Part shown: positions 58,269 through 64,000 of the stretch, in pieces | Layout: every line of letters begins with the position of its first letter | Numbering within the stretch: the stretch's first letter is position 1 | Notes under the pieces: generated by a model | What the model saw: only the letters and a program-made list of their open reading frames with translations | Databases searched by the model: none | Told to the model about the DNA's origin: nothing | Source: an uncultured Chloroflexia bacterium | GTDB taxonomy: Bacteria; Chloroflexota; Limnocylindria; Limnocylindrales; CSP1-4 | Length of the DNA: 64,000 nucleotides | Assembly (NCBI GenBank): GCA_963749705.1 | Contig: CAVVNQ010000021.1 | Span: forward strand, 1-64,000 | Reading direction: 5' to 3' | Made by a program: the position numbers and the translations under genes

Positions 58269-59084
58269 TCAGCGCCCCTTCCAGACCGCCGGGCGCTTCT
58301 CGAGGAAGGCGGCCATCCCCTCCCGCTGGTCCTCGGTCGCGAACAGCTCCTCGAACCGGTCGCGCTCGAGCCGCAGGCCATCGCCCAGCGGCAGCGACTG
58401 CGCCGCATTGACCGCCGCCTTCGCGGCACGCACCGCCAGCGCCGGCATCGCCGCGATCAGCGTGCCCAGGTCGAGCGCCGACGCGATCACGTCGGCCGCG
58501 GGCACGAGCCGCGTGACCAGGCCGATCCGCTCGGCCTCGACGGCATCGATCCGGCGACCCGTGAGCACCATCTCCATCGCCCGGGCGCGTCCGACGGCGC
58601 GGGCGAGCCGCTGGGTGCCGCCCGCACCGGGGATCACGCCCAGCAGGATCTCGGGCTGGCCGAACCGGGCGTCGTCGCCGGCGACCAGCATGTCGCAGGC
58701 CATCGCGAGCTCCGCGCCACCGCCGAGCGCGAACCCGCGAACGGCCGCGATCGTCGGCGTCCGCAGGCGACCCACGCGATCGATGGCGGCAAACGGATCG
58801 CCGGTGCGCAGGCTGTCGGGGGTCTCGGCGGCAAGCTCGCGCACGTCCGCACCGGCCGCAAACGCCCGCTCGCTGCCGGTGATCACGATCGCCCGGCACG
58901 CGTCGTCGTCGTCCAGCGCCGCGAGCGCGGCATCGAGCTCGGCCAGCAGGGCGAATGACAGCGCGTTGAGCGCGTCGGGCCGGTCCAGCGTCACCAGCGC
59001 CACGCCGTCACGGGGCGGGTCGCCCCCGGGCATGTCGACCCGGATCAACGGCTGGTTCTCGCGCGCGGGTGCGTCATCGGTCAT
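58269..59084 (-). CDS. Enoyl-CoA hydratase (PaaF-like)
   Basis: AFAAGAD, GFALGGGAELA, FGQPEI, GAGGTQRL. Confidence 0.95.
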   Translation of the reverse strand: MTDDAPARENQPLIRVDMPGGDPPRDGVALVTLDRPDALNALSFALLAELDAALAALDDDDACRAIVITGSERAFAAGADVRELAAETPDSLRTGDPFAAIDRVGRLRTPTIAAVRGFALGGGAELAMACDMLVAGDDARFGQPEILLGVIPGAGGTQRLARAVGRARAMEMVLTGRRIDAVEAERIGLVTRLVPAADVIASALDLGTLIAAMPALAVRAAKAAVNAAQSLPLGDGLRLERDRFEELFATEDQREGMAAFLEKRPAVWKGR

Positions 59085-59980
59085 CGCGATGCCTCCTCCA
59101 ACCAGTCCACGTCCGGCACGGCCGAGGCGCCGGTGTCGCCGAGCGATGATGTCCAGCCGTCGGCACGTCCCATCGGGGTCGTCCGGCCGGCGCCCGCGGG
59201 CGCCTCGGCACGGCGTCGCGCCACCGGCTCGGTCGACCGGTAGAAGCCGGCCAGCGCCTCGTTGAACAGGGCGGGCCTGCGGCGCGCGACCTCGTGCCCG
59301 CAGTCGGGGACGACCAGCAGGCGGGCGTCGGGCAGCTGGCGTCGCAGCGCCCAGGCGCGATCCACCGGCACGAACGGATCGCGGTCGCCCACCACGACCA
59401 GCGTGGGTGCGTCGATCCGCCGCAGGTCGCCCGGGCCGGGGAGATCCTGCGTCGCGACGTCCCGGGTGATCGCGGGCAGCAGCCGCTCCCATGCCCCCTC
59501 GCCCTGGACGGGGTCGTGCCGCCGCGCGAGCGCGCGCGCCCACTCCGGGTCCCGGAGCCGGATGCGTCCCGGATCGAACAGCCGGCGCGCGACCGAGGCC
59601 CGCGGCTCACGGTCGTTCGAGATGCCCGCCAGCACGAGCGTCCGCAGCCGCTCCGGGCTTCTGGTCGCGAACCCCAGCGCGGTCGCCCCGCCCATCGAGA
59701 AGCCGACCAGGTGGAACGTCGTCAGGCCAAGCGCGGTGGAGAACGCGGCCAGGTCGTCGACGAGCCATTCGTAGCGGAAGCCGTCGTCCGCGTTCCAGCG
59801 GGTAGAGGCGTGCCCGCGCGCGTCGGGCACGAAGCACCGGAACGCCCGGCGCAGCAGGGGGAGCTGGGCCGCGAAGTCCTCGCGCCCGGACGACGTGGCG
59901 CCGTGGAGCAGGATCAGCGGCGGGCCGGCGCCCTCGACCTCGTACCCGATCTCCAGACCATTCGCGCGCACGTGCGGCAT
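59081..59980 (-). CDS. Alpha/beta-fold hydrolase
   Basis: LLHG, DARGHA, GFSMGG nucleophile elbow, GDRD, CGH. Confidence 0.9.
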   Translation of the reverse strand: MPHVRANGLEIGYEVEGAGPPLILLHGATSSGREDFAAQLPLLRRAFRCFVPDARGHASTRWNADDGFRYEWLVDDLAAFSTALGLTTFHLVGFSMGGATALGFATRSPERLRTLVLAGISNDREPRASVARRLFDPGRIRLRDPEWARALARRHDPVQGEGAWERLLPAITRDVATQDLPGPGDLRRIDAPTLVVVGDRDPFVPVDRAWALRRQLPDARLLVVPDCGHEVARRRPALFNEALAGFYRSTEPVARRRAEAPAGAGRTTPMGRADGWTSSLGDTGASAVPDVDWLEEASR

Positions 59981-59996
59981 CGTCGGCTGCCCGCGC

Positions 59997-60533
59997 TCAG
60001 CCGGCCGGCGATTCGGGCTTGCCGGCCACAGTGGCGGTCGTCGCCCGCTCGATCCGCAGGTACCGGCGGCGGTGGTACAGCAGCGGAGGCGCGTCGGGGT
60101 CGCCGAGCGACAGCGCGTCCACCCGGCCGACGTACAGGTGGTGATCGCCGACCGTGAAGCGATCGACGACCGCGCATTCCATGGAGGCGATGGTGCCCGC
60201 CAGCAACGGCAGCCCGGTCACGCCCGGCCGCCATTCCGCGCCGCAGAACGCGTCCCTGCCGGGGGCGACGTTCGCGCCGGCGAAGCAGTCGGAGAGCCAC
60301 AGCTGGCCCTCGTGGAGGATGTTGATCGCGAACCGGCGGCCGGCATCGATCATCGGAACGATGAACCGCTGCTGATCGAGCGCGACCATGACCAGCGGCG
60401 GCTCGAGGCTGACCGACGCCATGGCGTTGACGGTGATTCCCTGTGGCCGGTCGCCATCCATCGCCGTCACCACCGTCACGCCGGTCGCGAACTGGCCGAT
60501 GATGGTCCGGAAGTCGCCGGTCGAGACGTTCAC
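59997..60533 (-). CDS. Flavin reductase family protein
   Basis: FATGVTVVT, SVSLEPPLV, GDHHLYVG. Confidence 0.9.
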   Translation of the reverse strand: MNVSTGDFRTIIGQFATGVTVVTAMDGDRPQGITVNAMASVSLEPPLVMVALDQQRFIVPMIDAGRRFAINILHEGQLWLSDCFAGANVAPGRDAFCGAEWRPGVTGLPLLAGTIASMECAVVDRFTVGDHHLYVGRVDALSLGDPDAPPLLYHRRRYLRIERATTATVAGKPESPAG

Positions 60534-60684
60534 CGGTGCAGCATACGGTGGGCTCGCCCGTTGCCGGCCGACGCGCCCGGAGGCACGGCCGCCATCCCGC
60601 CCGTTCTCGGCCGAAGCCGCCCGCCGTCCACCTCGGGCCATCCGGCCCGTCTCGCCATCGCGCCCATCGCCGTACCATCGGTCC

Positions 60685-62103
60685 ATGGATACCGAGAAGC
60701 TCGCCGCCGCCCCGGCGACCCGGATCGAGCGCGACTCCATGGGCGAGATGGAGGTCCCCGTCAATGCCCTGTACGGCGCGTCCACCCAGCGCGCCGTGAT
60801 CAACTTCCCGATCTCGGGGCAGCGGATGCCGCGTCGCCTCCTGCGCGCGCTGGCGCTCGTCAAGCAGGCCGCCGCCGAGACCAACGCCGGCCTCGGCCTG
60901 ATCGAGGCGGCGAAGGCACAGGCGATCGTCGCCGCGGCTCGCGAGGTCGCCGCCGGCCGGCACGACGAGCAGTTCCCGATCGACGTCTACCAGACCGGAT
61001 CGGGCACCTCGACCAACACCAACATGAACGAGGTCATCGCCCACATCGCGTCGGCCCGCCTGGGCGGGGCGAAGGTCCACCCCAACGATGACGTCAACAA
61101 GTGCCAGAGCTCGAACGACACGATCCCCACGGCGCTCCAGCTGGCTGCCGCGGTCGCCATCGAGGACGAGCTCATCCCGGCCCTCGTCGCGCTCCAGCGC
61201 TCGCTGGCCACGAAGTCGGACGAGTTCTGGGACGTCGTCAAGACGGGCCGGACGCACCTCCAGGATGCGACGCCGATCCGCCTCGGCCAGGAGTTCGCGG
61301 GATACGCGGGCCAGGTGGAGGAGGCGATCCGGCGGGCGCAGGCCGCGCGCGACGAGCTGCTCACGGTGCCCCTCGGCGGCACCGCCGTCGGGACGGGCAT
61401 CAACGCCCACCCGGAGTACGCGGCGCGGGCGTGCGTCCACCTGTCCGAGCTGACCGGGCTCCAGGTCCGTGAGGCGGGCAACCACTTCCACGCGCAGGCG
61501 ACCCTGGACGCGGCGATCGCCGCCCACGGCGGGTTGCGCGCCATCGCCCTGGGCCTGTGGAAGATCGCCTCGGATATCCGGTACATGGGCATGGGACCGC
61601 GCGCGGGCCTCGGGGAGCTGGCGCTGCCGGAGACGCAGCCCGGTTCGTCGATCATGCCCGGCAAGGTGAATCCGGTCATCGCCGAGAGCCTGACCATGGT
61701 CGTGGCGCGGGTGGTGGGCAATGACGCCACGGTCGCGTTCGGCCAGACCGGCAGCTTCCTCGAGCTCAACGTGATGCTCCCGGTGACGGCGCAGGCGATG
61801 CTCGAGTCGATCACCCTGCTGGCGGCCTCGGCGCGCAACTTCCGGGTGCGCCTCGTCGACGGGCTCCAGGCGACGGATCGCGGACCGAAGCTGGTCGAGC
61901 AGGGCCTGATGCTGGCGACCGCGCTGGCACCGGAGATCGGCTACGACGCGGCGGCCGCCCTGGCCAAGGAGGCGCTCAAGTCCGGGAGGACGATCCGCGA
62001 GCTTGCCATCGAGAAGGGGATCGCCGCGGACCGGCTGGACGTCCTGCTCGATCCGGCCGCGATGACCGAGCCTGGGCTGGGCGGGCCGTCGGCGGGCGGC
62101 TGA
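60685..62103 (+). CDS. fumC: Class II fumarate hydratase
   Basis: RIERDSMGE, QTGSGTSTNTNMNEV, GRTHLQDATP, GSSIMPGKVNP. Confidence 0.95.
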   Translation: MDTEKLAAAPATRIERDSMGEMEVPVNALYGASTQRAVINFPISGQRMPRRLLRALALVKQAAAETNAGLGLIEAAKAQAIVAAAREVAAGRHDEQFPIDVYQTGSGTSTNTNMNEVIAHIASARLGGAKVHPNDDVNKCQSSNDTIPTALQLAAAVAIEDELIPALVALQRSLATKSDEFWDVVKTGRTHLQDATPIRLGQEFAGYAGQVEEAIRRAQAARDELLTVPLGGTAVGTGINAHPEYAARACVHLSELTGLQVREAGNHFHAQATLDAAIAAHGGLRAIALGLWKIASDIRYMGMGPRAGLGELALPETQPGSSIMPGKVNPVIAESLTMVVARVVGNDATVAFGQTGSFLELNVMLPVTAQAMLESITLLAASARNFRVRLVDGLQATDRGPKLVEQGLMLATALAPEIGYDAAAALAKEALKSGRTIRELAIEKGIAADRLDVLLDPAAMTEPGLGGPSAGG

Positions 62104-62176
62104 CCGCTCGGCGACTGGTGCCGGCGGGAGACCCAACCCACGGGGGTCGCGCTCGATCCCTCCCGACCGAATCGGG

Positions 62177-62560
62177 TCAGGGGGTGATCGTGAGGGTGCC
62201 GGTCATGTTCGGGTGCACCGTGCACACGAAGCGGTAGCTCCCCGCCGGCAGCGGCCCGAACCGGACCTCTGCCTGCCCGGGACCCGAGATCGTCGCGCTG
62301 GTGGCGAGCTCCCGATCGCCGTCGAGCACCCGGATGTCGTGGGGAACGCCCGAGTCCCGGTTGTCAAGGATGATCCGCAGCGGGGTCCCGGCCGGCAGCC
62401 GGATCTCGGTCGGCTCGAAGGCGACGTTGACCGCCCGGACGGTCTCCTGGACGCCGTCGAACGACGCCTCGACCGTCGGCGCGGGACCCGCGGATCCACA
62501 GCCGGCCACGACGATCGCGACCAGCATGGCAAGGGGTGTGAGCCGCCTGGTTCGTCGCAT
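62177..62560 (-). CDS. Cupredoxin lipoprotein
   Basis: Lipobox VAGC; PHDI…YRFVCTVHPNM. Confidence 0.85.
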   Translation of the reverse strand: MRRTRRLTPLAMLVAIVVAGCGSAGPAPTVEASFDGVQETVRAVNVAFEPTEIRLPAGTPLRIILDNRDSGVPHDIRVLDGDRELATSATISGPGQAEVRFGPLPAGSYRFVCTVHPNMTGTLTITP

Positions 62561-62769
62561 GGCGCACAGGGAACCCGGTCGCCGGGGCGGCGTCAAGCGG
62601 AGTTGCGCTGCACGGCCGGCGGGCGGGAGGAGGCCGCCCCGACATCGCGGCGGGCGGCCGGGCTGAGGCCGCGTCCGGCGTCGCGCCCGGTGTCACCTGC
62701 CACCTCCCTCCCGCCCGGCCGCCTGCACCGGCGCGCGGCGTCCGGCGGTCGACCGTTACAATCCGCGCG

Positions 62770-63558
62770 ATGTCCACCCAACCCGCCTGGGACCGCGCCG
62801 GGTCCCTTCCCGTCCCCGTCACCGACCGCGCCGCCATGCCTGAGGTCGTCGCGCTGCGCAGCGAGCTGCCGACGGTCGACGAGCTGTTCACCTTCATGCG
62901 CGATGCGGAGCTCAGGTTCGAAACGCTGCGGATGCGGATCGAGGAGCACGCCTGGAACACCCGGGGCGAGGAGCTCTCGATCATCGAGATTGCGCTCCGC
63001 CATCCGGGCGAGGTCAAGGTGCTGTCGTCGATCCCGGCCGACGGCACGACGGGCAGCTACGACGTGTGGGTGTCCGACGGCTCGACCGTGCAGACGTACG
63101 TGGCCAGCCGCAGGCTGGGAACGCGGCGCCCGGTCCGCCCGATGGTCCGAGGCGTCGTTGACGACCACGACCTTCCGGGTCGTTCACGGGTCTACGTCCC
63201 GCGGACGGCGCTGCCGGCGGAGTCGCTGCCCGACCTGTTCGTCCATCCCGCGGGCTACTGCCAGAACGTCCTGGCCACCGGGGCCTGCGCGGTGACCGGG
63301 ACGACCGAGGTGGCCGGCCGAGAGGCGATCGTGCTCGAGTGCGACCATCCGCGGACGATCGAGGTCGTCGCGGATCGCCGGGACTTCCACGTCCGGATCG
63401 CCGTCGACCGCGCGGATGGCGTCATCCTGCGGCTCGAGGAGTCGATCGCCGGCACCATCACCCGGGACGCGATCGTCACCAGCTACGGCCCCAACGCCCC
63501 GCTGCCGCCGTCGGCGTTCGGGTTCTCGTTCCCGTCCGACACGACGTTCCTCTACTGA
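62770..63558 (+). CDS. Hypothetical protein, LolA/RseB-like beta-sheet fold suspected
   Basis: WVSDGSTVQTY, TEVAGREAIVLEC, IAVDRADGVILR, NAPLPPSAFGF. Confidence 0.6.
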   Translation: MSTQPAWDRAGSLPVPVTDRAAMPEVVALRSELPTVDELFTFMRDAELRFETLRMRIEEHAWNTRGEELSIIEIALRHPGEVKVLSSIPADGTTGSYDVWVSDGSTVQTYVASRRLGTRRPVRPMVRGVVDDHDLPGRSRVYVPRTALPAESLPDLFVHPAGYCQNVLATGACAVTGTTEVAGREAIVLECDHPRTIEVVADRRDFHVRIAVDRADGVILRLEESIAGTITRDAIVTSYGPNAPLPPSAFGFSFPSDTTFLY

Positions 63559-63588
63559 GGCCAGCCCCGCCCACGCGGGAAGGCCCGG

Positions 63589-64000
63589 CTACAACCCCGC
63601 CGGGCTCGAGGCCGACATCTCCGGTGCCTGCCCCGCCAGCCGGACCAGGACCGCCGATGCAGCGATGGTCATCACGATCGCCGCCAGCACCGCGGTGAAC
63701 GCCACCTGGTCGACGGCCCCCGCGGCGAGCCCGATCCCCGCCAGCACGTAGCCGAACTCGCCGAGCTGCCCCAGCCCGATCGCGAGCTGGCCCGGCCGGG
63801 CATGCAGCCGCGCGATCCGTGCGAGCAGCCACGCGACGCCGACCTTCGCGACCACCATCAGGGCCACCAGGGCGGCGGTGAGCGGCGCGGCCGCGCCCAG
63901 CGAGCCGGGGTCGATGAGCGACCCGACCGCGACGAAGAACAGGACGGCGAACACGTCGCGGAACGGCAACAGCCGGCGCCGGGCCTCCGCGGTCTCGGCG
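63589..64000 (-). CDS. Cation:proton antiporter (CPA2, YbaL-like), 5'-truncated
   Basis: LPFRDVFAVLFFVAVG, LGQLGEFGYVL. Confidence 0.85.
   Translation of the reverse strand, partial: AETAEARRRLLPFRDVFAVLFFVAVGSLIDPGSLGAAAPLTAALVALMVVAKVGVAWLLARIARLHARPGQLAIGLGQLGEFGYVLAGIGLAAGAVDQVAFTAVLAAIVMTIAASAVLVRLAGQAPEMSASSPAGL

Overview
Very GC-rich, gene-dense bacterial chromosome segment with about 60 CDSs. Gene content and style suggest a soil or freshwater Chloroflexota (Limnocylindria-like) or Actinomycetota-like genome, which is an inference only. It is mostly housekeeping and accessory metabolism: the pntA1-pntA2-pntB transhydrogenase, an osmoprotectant ABC transporter, fumC, ATP-dependent DNA ligase, a flavin reductase/hydrolase/enoyl-CoA hydratase/thiolase operon, HtrA, S10 peptidase, AlaX, GGDEF and adenylate cyclases, and SipW with its substrate. 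I found no integrase, transposase, prophage or CRISPR array. The most notable observations are: (1) a tRNA gene with the rare Ile anticodon UAU; (2) a stand-alone rod-shaped inverted repeat of about 130 nt that looks like an unannotated ncRNA; (3) a DosR/NarL-box-like palindrome recurring in five intergenic regions, plus an atypical NarL-family regulator; (4) pervasive leaderless promoters; (5) a Cys-less rhodanese head-to-head with a Cys-less PLP C-S-lyase-like enzyme; (6) an orphan HExxH protein with an eCIS-type N-terminal motif; (7) a frameshifted PAS-PAS-adenylate cyclase. All calls come from reading motifs by eye; no database search was run.
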